Shown in pieces: positions 49,378-64,000 of a stretch of 64,000 nt of DNA; the first letter of the stretch is position 1, and the number at the start of each line of letters is the position of its first letter. A model generated the notes under the pieces. It worked only from the letters and a program-made list of their open reading frames with translations. It did not search any database and was not told the origin of the DNA. This DNA comes from the human T2T-CHM13v2.0 reference genome, Homo sapiens. The stretch lies in assembly GCF_009914755.1 (NCBI RefSeq), contig NC_060930.1. The stretch is one strand, 5' to 3'. A program made the position numbers and the translations under genes.

Positions 49378-52300
49378 GACTTCCATTTCCAATCAAGATG
49401 GAAGAAACCCTCAGCAGCCTATCTCTTCCACTGACTACAACTTAAAACCCTGGGAAAAATACCGAAAGCAACGTACCTGAGACTTCTGAAAAGTGATCGG
49501 TGATTAATAGCAGGTAGATTGGGGCAGGAAGGCAAAACACTGAATAACAATATGGCAGTTAAAAGTCCCTCGTATTTTTTTCACCATCTTTATCTCTCAG
49601 CTTTGACACAACAGTAGACCAAATCGAGAAATTATGTAACACACAGCAAACTCCAAGAAACATTTATCTTTCTGGCCAGAGGTCTGGGGAAAAAGGAAGC
49701 TGTGGACCAGAAAGTGTGAAGAGGGTAAATCCTTATTTGTTTTTTCCCTATTTTCATTAAAGCCCTACCCTGAGGCCAACCTGACTCATGGGACAACAAT
49801 GCTATATTGCTGTGGTGATGGCCTTGGGCATCTAAAACCCTACAGAGAAGGATTTTTCCTCTGAATAGAGAAACTGGAAAATGTATCCTTTGTTGTACAG
49901 AGCGTGAAGAGACCCCGCATTAATATTTCTCTCTCTTTCACTCATTGCTTCACTCCAAAAGGTAGGCTCAATTGTAAACAACTGCTTAACCGAGTGGGAA
50001 GCTAAACCTCTGATAAAAACCTGCATTTCTGGGCAGCAAAACTAGAAAAGGGGGTTTCTCTCTCATTGAGGGTGGGAGAGTGTGGGAGAAATTGTGTATG
50101 AACCTATACCAGTTCTGGGCTCACTGCTAAGCTGTGCATACATGGAACACATCCAAAGAATCGTGACAGCAATTTTGAAATTAAATTAAAGTGTAAACTA
50201 CTGTCCAAGTTCCAGACGGAATCTGAGTTGCACATGTGACAGGCTCATCCAAATAGCATAGCAAATGCTTTAAAAACTGATCTGAAGTTAGAACCACTGC
50301 CATTGGAAGGTGCAACAGAATTTGGAGTTTATACCCAACTGGGTTGATTGCTTGCTAAAACAAACAAATAATCAGCATTCTACCCAAAGTTGCTTTAAAA
50401 ATATAATACTCAAAATATATAGAATAAAATCCAAAGTTTCTCAACATACTCAAAAGTATGAAACTATGAGAAATTATCAAGGGAAAAGACAAGCAACATA
50501 GTAACCTCAAGAAAATCCAGGTATTGAAATGATCAGATAAACATTTTAGAGTAGTTATTAGAACCATGTTCCATTAGGTAGAAGTACAAAGTTTTTAGAT
50601 GAATAGGAAGACAATAATTCTCAGTTGAGAAATAAAAAACTGTAATAAAGACCAAATGGAAATGTTAGAACTGAAAAATCAGAACTAAAAAATTTTATTG
50701 GATAGGCTCAATAGCAAAATAAAAATAAATGAAGAAAAAGTCATTAACCATAAATACAGAACAATATAATTTATCATATTTGAAGACTAGAAAGAAAAAA
50801 ATAATGGACAAAGCCTCGGTGATATGTGGAAAATATTAAAATGTTTAACATTTGTGTTGTTTGATTCTCTGAAGGATGGGATAAAGGCATGGATGAAGAA
50901 AAAATAAGAAACAATGACTAGAAACACACCAAATTTGATAAAATAAATACATTTACAAATTCAAGAAGCTTAGTGAACACAAAATAGGATAAACTCAATG
51001 AAAAAAATGTTCAGATACATTATAATCATACTTTTGAAAACCAAAGTTAGAAAAAATCTTGAAGCTGGAGGAAAATGACACATTATGTATCAGGAAACAA
51101 TAGCTAGAACTAATGCGAATTTCTCACCAAAAGCCATTGAGACCAGCAGATGGTGAAAAAATACAGTCAGAGTGCTGGGGGAAAAAAGATGTTCAATCTA
51201 TATTGTATATCCAGTTAATATATCTGTCAGGAATAATGGAGAAATAAACATATTATCAGACTTAGGAAAAACTAAGAGACTCTGTCATTAGTGTATTTGC
51301 TTTAAAACAAATACAAAAGGAAATTTTTATGATGGAGAGATATGATCCCAGAGGAAACCTTGGAACTTTAGAAATGAAGAATTAAAAACAGAATTGGTAA
51401 TAGGAAAATTGTAATAGGATTTTTTTTCACTCATGAATTATTTAAAACATTTATGACTGTTAAAAGCAAAACTCACAACATTGGGATTACTTTAAAGTAT
51501 ATAGGTGTAATACATATGACAAATATAACAAAAATAAAGAAGTGTAAATAAACTCATATGGTTGTAAGGCTCCTGTACATCCATAAAGGAGTAAATATTT
51601 ATTTTAAGTATATCTATAAAGAAATAAATGTTTATTCTAAGGAGACTGTGAAAAGTTATTAGATTATATCCTTTATAGAAGCCACTAATAAATGGATACA
51701 AAACATTATAACCTAAATGACAGTAGGAAAATTAAAGTGTAATACCAAACGTGCTCAAGTAATTCAAAAGAAGGCAGGAAAGGAGGAACAGAAACAGAAG
51801 AAACAAACAGAAAAATAATGAAATGTTCTTTATAATTACTTAAAATATAAATAGTCTAAACATAAATTTAAATGTGGAGATTGTTAGATTTGATTTTACA
51901 AAACACAATTAAATGCTGTGTACAAGAAACCCATATTAAATATAATAGTACGAGTAGATTAAAAGTTACAGGGTAGGAGAAGATATATCATACAAATACT
52001 AACCAAACTAAAGATGGGGTAGCTATATTGATATCATGCAAAATAGACTTCTGAACAAGAAAAATTTCCAGAGAAAATTAAGGTATTAAATAATGATGAG
52101 GGTAAATTCACCAAGATGTAGCAATCCTCAATGTGTATGCACCTAACAACAGAGATACAAAATAGATGAAGTGAAACATGGATCAAACTAATAGGAGAAA
52201 TATACAAATCTACAATTATAGTTGAAAAATTCAACTCTCTACTCTCAGTAATTGATAGAACAAGCAGACCAGAAAATCAACAAAGGTATATAAGTCATGA

Positions 52301-52815
52301 AAAATGCTATAGATCTACTTGACCTAATTGATGCTTATTTAACACTGCCAAAAATAGCAGGATACATATTCTTTTCTAGAGAACATAGAGAATTCATCAA
52401 GATAAACCATAATCTGTGACATAAGACAAATCTTAACAACTCTAAAAGATCTGAAAACATACAAACTGTGTTATCTTACTGTAATCACATTAAAATAGAA
52501 ATCAAAAAGAAAAAGATGTCTGTAAAATCCACTAAACGTTTAGAAATTTAACTTTTAAATAATCTTTGTCAAAGGGGAAGTTTACGGGGAAATGATAAAA
52601 TATTTGCAACTGATGAAAAATAAAAACACCATATCAAAAAATGTAGGGTACAGAAAAAACAGTTATTCAAGGCAAACGTACAGCATCAAATGCTTATATT
52701 AAAAAGGCAAAATTATTCAAATCAATAGCCTAAGCTTCAACCTTAAAATACTAGAAAAAAAGAGAAAAAAACATAGCAGAAGTAAAAACATTACCAATAT
52801 CAGAAATACAATATA
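49378..52815 (+). mobile_element. Old L1M (L1MC/MD/ME class): 5' end, ORF1 and ORF2 endonuclease region
   Basis: gacttccatttccaatcaagatgg start; degenerate ORF1; EN motifs tgctgtgtacaagaaac and aatgtgtatgcacctaacaac. Confidence 0.8.
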
Positions 52816-52829
52816 TCAGATTGTACAGA

Positions 52830-54940
<2,111 letters not shown>

Positions 54941-57379
54941 CATTTCCTTTGTGTCAATGCACAGCAAAGCTTTGGTGTGTTTTCTGATATTGTGATTCTG
55001 TTTTTGTCTTTTAACTTCCACTCCTGTTTCCTTCTTGCTTTTCACTGCCAATCTTCTAAGTGATGCCTTCCTTTTCTAACTCACACCACTTTCCCCCAGA
55101 GGCAGTGCCTTCTTAAGTGGTGTCATATCTAGTCCCAATTTTAATCACTTCCTTTCAACTCTCCAGTAGCTGACACTCTGCTCTATCATGTGTGTTCTCA
55201 ATAGATCAGCTTTTAGGGTGGAACTTTCTCTCTCTGGGGTGACTGATTTATGTACCATCACCTCTCTGACCCTCTCCCCTTTTTTATTCTCCATAATATT
55301 AGCCTCACTCTACTCTGATGTGGTCATGAAATTGGCTCTACTACATTCTGGTATGTATTTCTCAAATTATGCAAAATGTTACTTTGGGCCTTTGTCTCCT
55401 GGTTATTCCCTATGTGAAAATTAAGCTTATTTAATTTATTCTCCTTGTTTATGTGTTTGGCTTACTTGCAGGATGTGTAGAGAAATCCACTTCGACAGTC
55501 ACTATTATATTATCAGGTGCTGTTTATGAAGTGATGTTTCTAACCTCTTTAAGAATCATGATAACTTTCTCCCACATAAAAGACTGTTAAACCTTTTTCT
55601 TCTGAAGAAAAAGAAGAAAGAGTACAAATGAGATATTTGCATTTCGCTCACCTCTACACCCTTTTATATTTCTTGGAGAACATATTTTTCAATGGATATA
55701 TTGTTTTTGTAATGTGTGAACATTTCTACTGTACTGAGGTTATGGCTTCTTCTTTTGAGAGATGAAATGCTCTCTGGGTCTTCTTTATTAGGCCTGCAAA
55801 TCCCTTTGATATAACTGGAATTGAATAGATTGCAAAACAGATGACAAATGGGGCACAGGTCAATGTTAATAGAACAATCTTTCTCTAAAATGAATGAGAA
55901 CAGGAAAAATAAATGGTATGACTTATTCAGAATTATTATGGATGGAATTCTATAATTAAACTATGAGAGAGAGAGAGCATACGGTGTTTGCCCTGAATTT
56001 TGAAAACTTTTGAAACTTTACAACTGCAATCTCATTTCTTTTGACTATATTTTTGGTATATACATTAAAGTACATGATGCAGTTTGCTAGATAATGTAAA
56101 AACAACATATTTCAGTAAGTTCCAAGTAACTTCAAAGGAAGTTAATAACTGAAATAAGAAATATAAGACAAAAATGACTATAATTAGATTAAAGGACAAA
56201 CATGATTATAAGCAGAAGGTGAAAGCTGCGCCAAATCAATACAATTTCAGCTTAGACTTTACATATTAGCCTAGAGAGACTGGATGACAACTTAAATGGG
56301 TTCTAGATGGGTGACGGAAAAAGAGTCAACTTGGTTGTTGGTAGAATGTTGGCATTCCCAACAATCTTGGTATGTTTAGTGAAAGTAAAAGATAATACTA
56401 ATGATTTCAAATTGTCTTTTGAATTATTTTCAACTTATAGGCAATGTTTTCTGGATCATTCAAAGACAAACCGTCTTATCCATAAATAAGTTTCCATGGA
56501 TGTTTTTTAGTTTAATGGGTGAAAAATAGAGCCTTGCTATGTATCAGACTCAGCTCTTCACTAAAGAAAACCATAGTATCTGTCCTCAAACCCTTCTTCT
56601 AAGCTTTCTGGAAATTTTTGTATTGGGAGCTCTTCGAAACTATCTATATTCTTCAAAGACCCGAAGAGCAGCATACCACTCAAAGATAGAGTTATCCTTC
56701 ATAACGTAAACTTTCTATAATATTTACAGAGACATCTTCAGTCATTAAGACTGATGTATGTGACATGATTAAAAAGGCAGAAAGAAAACTTTAAATACCT
56801 ACAACTAGCTGCCATTAATGCTTAATAAGTTTTTTTAATGCTTTCATGTTTATTTTAAATGGAAATGTAAATGGCTAAAGTAGCACATTAATCTGTTATC
56901 AGTAATTTATTTCTATAAATAAAGGTTTAAAAATTTAATGGTAGAGAGATGAAAACACCAGGGTCCTGGGGGATGGGAAGAAAGAAGTATTAGAAGCTGA
57001 TAACATTTCATGTGTTTCATGAAGGTTGGAGAGCTCTCAGACAAAGCCTGCCATTTAGTTTAGATCAAAATATCTAGACAAAAAATAAAATGTTGTTAGT
57101 CATCCAGTTGTTTTGACATTACATAGGCCATATAGCATTATGAAAAAAGCATGAGTATTACTTTTCTCCTAGATATTTCTCAGTGTATAAACATAGCCAT
57201 AAACATAATAGTTTTTACCAAAGGTAGCTGGAATATGTCAATGTCATTAATTCAAGTTTTTAAAATATAGAAATTAAGAGCAAGTTGATATTGTAAGTTA
57301 TGAGCACACTGATCACACACATCTAATTTGGGTCCCACAGCCCCACTAAATTATAACAAATCTTTTAAAGACGTTTTGT

Positions 57380-58745
57380 GGAATATGTTAAGCCACAGAT
57401 AGAAAGAGAGGAGGACAAACAATAGAATCTTAGAAGCTAGAAAGCAAATAGAATCTTAGAAGCTAGAAAGCAAATACAATCTTAGAAGCTAGAAAGCAAA
57501 TAAAAGAGGAAAAGCTGAATTAACAAAATGGAGAAGACAGTTCCATTCTTTTCTGCTAGGTAAGCAGAGGGGAAAGCTCAAACCAATATATATTTTTTTC
57601 CTGAATAATTGTCAAAAAGCTCAGAAAATACCAATCCCAAATATCTCTGAAAATTGGGGCAGGCAGGACACTAATATAAAGATGATGTAGGTAAAGGATA
57701 TTTGTGTAAGAGTCCTGAATCCCTCCCAGACTTTTCACCTCCGGATGAGTGCTTCCCTCCTACACTAGCAGAGTTACAAAATGTTATTTCCTAAACAGAG
57801 GATAAAGTCTTTGTCCTGGAGATCTATAGAAACAGTAAAAGCCACTGGTTTCTTAATGAAAATAGGGCCATCAAATGACCTCATACATACTCAGTGCTGC
57901 ATCTTGGTTCTCTCTCCTCTTCTCAACTCCCAGAATGCTGGCAGCCAAAACTTTATACTTCACACAAAGGATAAATCTCAGGAAAAATTCACATCTCTGG
58001 AGGAAATACTTAAAGATACTGGTGTTGAGCACTTTCTCCCCAAAATATTTTCAGACATACAAGTTTCAAGGAATATCTCTCATGCACCCTTTGCCAATGG
58101 AGGTGCCAGGAGATATACTGCAACAAAATAAGGCAATAAACTAAGAGAAAGTGGGCCCCAAAATACAAGAACCAGAGAACTGAAAAAGCAGAGTGGCAAA
58201 TCAAATCCCTAGAATAACACAAAAGGAAAGCTCAGGGTGATAACCTATGTATCAGACATGGAGGGCAAACAGTTCAACTTGGGGCAGTCTGACTCAAAGG
58301 GCATGTACACTGAGGCTACCATCAGAAGGCCTTTTTCTGTGATAGCATTTTATGATCTGACAAAATTATTGGGGCATATATTTCAGCAAAATTGGAGAAT
58401 AAATGAAGAAAGAAAAAAAAACAAGAGATAAATAATCCAGGGAATCCAGCCTAGAGGAAAAGCAGAGAGAATTCCAAGATAAATCTAAGGATGTCTCAAG
58501 ATGGCAACTGGGCAGCAGATAGGAGAGTAGATGTCTCCAGGTAGGTCATGTCCAGGAAAAAATGGCAACATATGGATTGCCTAGTGTGACTGACATTGTT
58601 GAAAAATGTACTGAGAGGCTGCTGGAAGGTAGGGGAAGAATTAGCAACAGATACAAATAAAACCAAGCAGGAAAAAATTGGGTGATATTATGCAATTATA
58701 GTAAAATACAACATTCAATTATGAATAACATTTTCATGGATGGAA
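57380..58745 (+). mobile_element. Possible HAL1/old L1-related remnant
   Basis: gaaaaatgtactgagagg...gaagaattagcaacagatacaaataaaaccaagca resembles recalled HAL1 sequence. Confidence 0.35.
57421..57502. repeat. 26-bp minisatellite, ~3.2 copies
   Basis: aatagaatcttagaagctagaaagca x3, one mismatch. Confidence 0.95.
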
Positions 58746-58772
58746 AAATGTAGACACAGGGGTGGGATCTGG

Positions 58773-58782
58773 CAAGATGGCC
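58773..58782 (+). promoter_or_regulatory. YY1 site of the L1 internal promoter (caagatggcc)
   Basis: Motif at its canonical position near the L1 5' end. Confidence 0.6.
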
Positions 58783-58849
58783 TAATAGGAACAGCTCCAG
58801 TCTGTAGCTCCAAGTGAGACCAACACAGAAGGCAGGTGATTTCTGCATT

Positions 58850-58880
<31 letters not shown>

Positions 58881-59084
58881 TTATACTCTAAGTTTTAGGG
58901 TACATGTGCACATTGTGCAGGTTAGTTACATATGTATACATGTGCCATGCTGGTGCGCTGCACCCACTAACGTGTCATCTAGCATTAGGTATATCTCCCA
59001 ATGCTATCCCTCCCCCCTCCCCCGACCCCACCACAGTCCCCAGAGTGTGATATTCCCCTTCCTGTGTCCATGTGATCTCATAGT

Positions 59085-60311
<1,227 letters not shown>

Positions 60312-63300
60312 AGACCATCGAGACTAGGAAGAAACTGCATCAACTAATGAGCAAAATCACCAGCTAACATCATAATGACAGGATCAAATTCACACATAAC
60401 AATATTAACTTTAAATATAAATGGACTAAATTCTGCAATTAAAAGACACAGACTGGCAAGTTGGATAAAGAGTCAAGACCCATCAGTGTGATTTCTGCAT
60501 TTTCAACTGAGGTAGCCTGTTCATCTCATTGGGACTGGTTAGGCATTGGTTGCAGCCCATGGATGGCGAGCAGAAGCAGGGTGGGCGTTACCTCACCCTG
60601 GAAGTGCAAGGAGCGAGGGGCCTCCCTTTCCCAGTCAAGGGAAGCAGTAAGGGATTGTGCTATCCGGCCCAGGTACTATGCTTTTCCCATGGTCTTTGCA
60701 ATCCGCAGACCAGGAGATTCCCTTCTGAGCCTACACCACCAGGGCCCTGGTTTCAAGCACAAAACTGGGTGGCTATTTGGGCAGACAATGAGCTTTCTGA
60801 AGGAATTTTTTTTTGTACCCCAGTGGTGCCTAGAATCCCAGTGAGACAGAACCCTTCAGTCCCCAGGAAAGGGGGCTGAAGCTAGGGAGCCAAGTGGTCT
60901 TGCTCAGCAGGTTCCACTCCCACAGAGCCCAGTGAGCTAAGAACCACTGGCTTGAAATTCTTGCTCCCAGCACAGCAGTCTGAAGTCGAACTGGGATGGC
61001 TGAGCTTGGTGGGGAGAGGGGCATCTGCCATTACTGAGGCTTGAGTAGGCGGTATTTCCCTGACAGCGCTAAGGAGGCCTGGAAGTTCAGACTGTGCGGA
61101 ACTCAGCACAGTCCGGCAAAGCAACTGTGGCCAGAATGCCTCTCTAGATTCCTCTTCACTGGGCAGGGCATCTCTGAAAGGCAGCAGCCCCAGTTAGGGG
61201 CTTATAAGTAAAACTCCCATATCCCTGAGACAGTGCACCTCAGGGAAGGGGCAGCTGTGGCACAGCTTCAGAGGACTTAAATGTTACTGCCAGCCAACTC
61301 TGAAGAGAGCAGCAGATCCTGACAAAGAGGGTTCTCCCATCACAGAGCTTGAGCTCCGCTAAGGTACAGACTGCCTCCTCAGTTGGGTCCCTGACCCCCG
61401 TGCCTCTTGACTGGGAGAGACCTCCCAACAGAGGTCGACAGACACCATATACAGGAGAACTGCGGCTGGCATCAGGCCAGTGACCCTCTGGGACGAATCT
61501 TCCAGAGAAATAAGCAGGCTAAGTTCTGCAGCCTCCACTGGTGATAACCGGGCAAATAGGGTCTCTAGTGGAGCTCCAGCAAACTGAAGCAGACCTGCAG
61601 AAGAGAGGCCTGACTGTTAGAAGAAAAACTGACAAACAGAAAGTGATAACATCAATATCAACAAAAAGGACCCCCACACAGAAATCCCATCCAAAGGTCT
61701 TCAGCCTCAAAAATCCAAGTTAGATAAATCCATGAAGATAAGGAAAAAAAAAAAAAAGTAAAAACAGCACAAAAATGCTGAAAATTCCAAAAACCAGAAT
61801 GCCTCTTCTCCTCCAAATGATCGCAACTCCTCTCTAGCAAATGCACAAAACTGGACAGGGAATGAGTTTGACGAACTGACAGAAGTAGGCTTCAGAAGGT
61901 AGGTAATTACAAACTCCTCTGAGCTAAAGGAGGATGATCTAAACCAATGCAAAGAAGTTAAGAACCTTGACAAAAAATTACAGAAACTGCTAACTAGAAT
62001 AATAAGTTTAAAGAAGAACATAAATGACCTGATGGAGCTGAAAAACACAGCACAAGAACTTCGTGAAGCATACACAAGTATCAATAGCCGAATTGACCAA
62101 GCAGAAGAAAGGATATCAGAGATTGAAGGTCAACTTACTGAAATAAGGCTGAAATAAGGTGTGAAAACAAGATAGGAGAAAAAAAGAATGAAAATGAATG
62201 AATAAAGCCTACAAGAAATATAGGACTATGTGAAAAAATCAAACTTACATTTGATTGGGGTACCTGAAGGTGATGGGGTGAATGGAACCAAGTTGGCAAA
62301 CACAATTCGGGATATTATCCAGGAGAACTTCCCCAATTTAGCAAGACAGGCCAACATTCAAATTCAGGAAATACAGAGAACACCACAAAGATACTCCTTA
62401 AGAAGAGCAACCCCAAGACACATAATCATCAGCTTCACTAAGGTTGAAATGAAGGAAAAAATGGTAAGGGCAGCCAGAGAGAAAGGTCAGGTTACCCACA
62501 AAAGGAAGTCCATCAGACTAACAGTGGATCTCTCTGCAGAGACCCTACAAGCCAGAAGAGAGCAGGGGCCAATATTCAACATTCTTAAAGAAAACACTTT
62601 TCAATGCAGAATTTCATATCCAGCCAAACTAAGCTTCATGAGTGGAGAAATAAAATCCTTTATAGACAAGCAAATGTTTAGGGACTTTGTCACCACCAGG
62701 CCTGCCTTACAAGAGCTCCTGAAGGAAGCACTAAATATGGAAAGGAAAAACCAGTACCAGCCACTGCAAAAACATACCAAAATGTAAAGACCATCCACAC
62801 GATGAAGAAACTGCATCAATTAATGTGCAAAATAACCAGCTAGCACCATAATGACAGGATCAAATTCACACATAACAATATTAACCTTAAATGTAAGTGG
62901 GCTAAATGCCCTAATTAAAAGACACAGACTGGCAAAAAGATTTAAGACCCACCAGTGTGCTGTATTCAGGAGACTCATCTTATGGGCAAACACACACATA
63001 GACTCAAAATAAAGGGATGGAGGAATATTTACCAAGCAAATGGAAAGAAAAAAAAAAGGAGGGGTTGCAATCCTAGACTCTGATAAAACAGACTTGAAAC
63101 AAACAAAGATCAAATAAGACAAAGAAGGGCATTACATAATGATAAAGGGATCAATGCAACAAGAAGAGCTAACGATCCTAAATATATATGCACCCAATAC
63201 AGGAGCATCCAGATTTATAAAGCAAGTTCTTAGAGACCTACAAAAAGACCTAGACTCCCACACAATAATAATGGGCGATTTTAACATCCCACTGCCAATA

Positions 63301-64000
63301 TTAACAGAACAACGAGACAGAAAATTAACAAGGATATTGAGGACTTGAACTCAGCTCTGGACCAAGTGGACCTAATAGACAGCTACAGAACTCTCCACTC
63401 CAAATCAACAAAATATACATTCTTCTCAGTACCACATAGGACTTATTCTAAAATCAACCACATAACTGGAAGTAAAACACTCCTCAGCAAATGCAAAAGA
63501 ACAAAAATCATAACAGTCTCTCTGACACAGTGCAATCAAATTAGAACTCAGGATTAAGAAACTCACTCAACACCACACAACCACATGGAAACTGAACAAC
63601 CTGCTCCTGAATGGATTACTGGGCAAATTTCAAAATAAAGGCAGAAATAATGAAGTTCTTTGAAACAAATGAGAACAAAGAGACAATGTACCAGAATCTC
63701 TGTGACACAGCTAAAACAGTGTTAGGAGGGAAGTTTATAGCACTAAATGCCCACATTAGAAAGCGGGAAAGATCTAAAATTGACACTCTCACATCACAAA
63801 TAAAAGAACTAGAGAAACAAGAGCAAACAAATTCAAAACTAGCAGAAGACAAGAAATAACTAACATCAGAGCAGAACTGGAGATAGAGCCATGAAAAACC
63901 CTTCCAAAAAAACAATGAATCTAGGAGCTGTTTTTTTTTTTTTTTAAAGATTAACAAAATAGATAGACCACTAGCTAAACAAAGAAAGATGAAAAGAGAG

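Noticed and set aside
57421-57502. 26-bp repeats resembling a CRISPR array
   Set aside because: Head-to-tail with no spacers, eukaryotic context, no cas genes
62230-64000. Potentially active full-length L1
   Set aside because: ORF1 5' half has stops and an A-rich insertion, ORF2 is frameshifted, and the promoter is interrupted

Overview
AT-rich, repeat-dense primate DNA, almost certainly human: one LINE-1 carries the human-specific L1HS pre-Ta diagnostic bases. I find no supportable protein-coding exon, RNA gene or CRISPR array. The recognisable ORFs in the track are L1 ORF1/ORF2 remnants or Alu/LTR read-through; the rest look like chance ORFs. The window holds four long plus-strand L1s of different ages, several truncated L1s, 13 Alus, MaLR (THE1, MLT1) and HERVL (MLT2A) LTRs, a piggyBac MITE (MER85), and old L2/MIR/L3 remnants. 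I cannot support a novel biological system here; the interesting content is mechanistic. (1) A young L1HS pre-Ta insertion with a twin-priming inversion and ~2.9-kb internal deletion, landed in the 5'UTR of an older L1. (2) An older L1 with a 5' inversion, an apparent 3' transduction and a nested Alu. (3) A MER85 whose flank, TTAA and TIR are tandemly duplicated. (4) An internal ~420-bp inversion in an L1MA 5'UTR with duplicated breakpoints. (5) An Alu whose poly(A) tail is inverted. (6) A THE1 provirus with discordant LTRs and a nested MLT2A LTR, both with DUX4-type motifs. Subfamily labels come from recalled consensus sequences and need RepeatMasker/Dfam confirmation.
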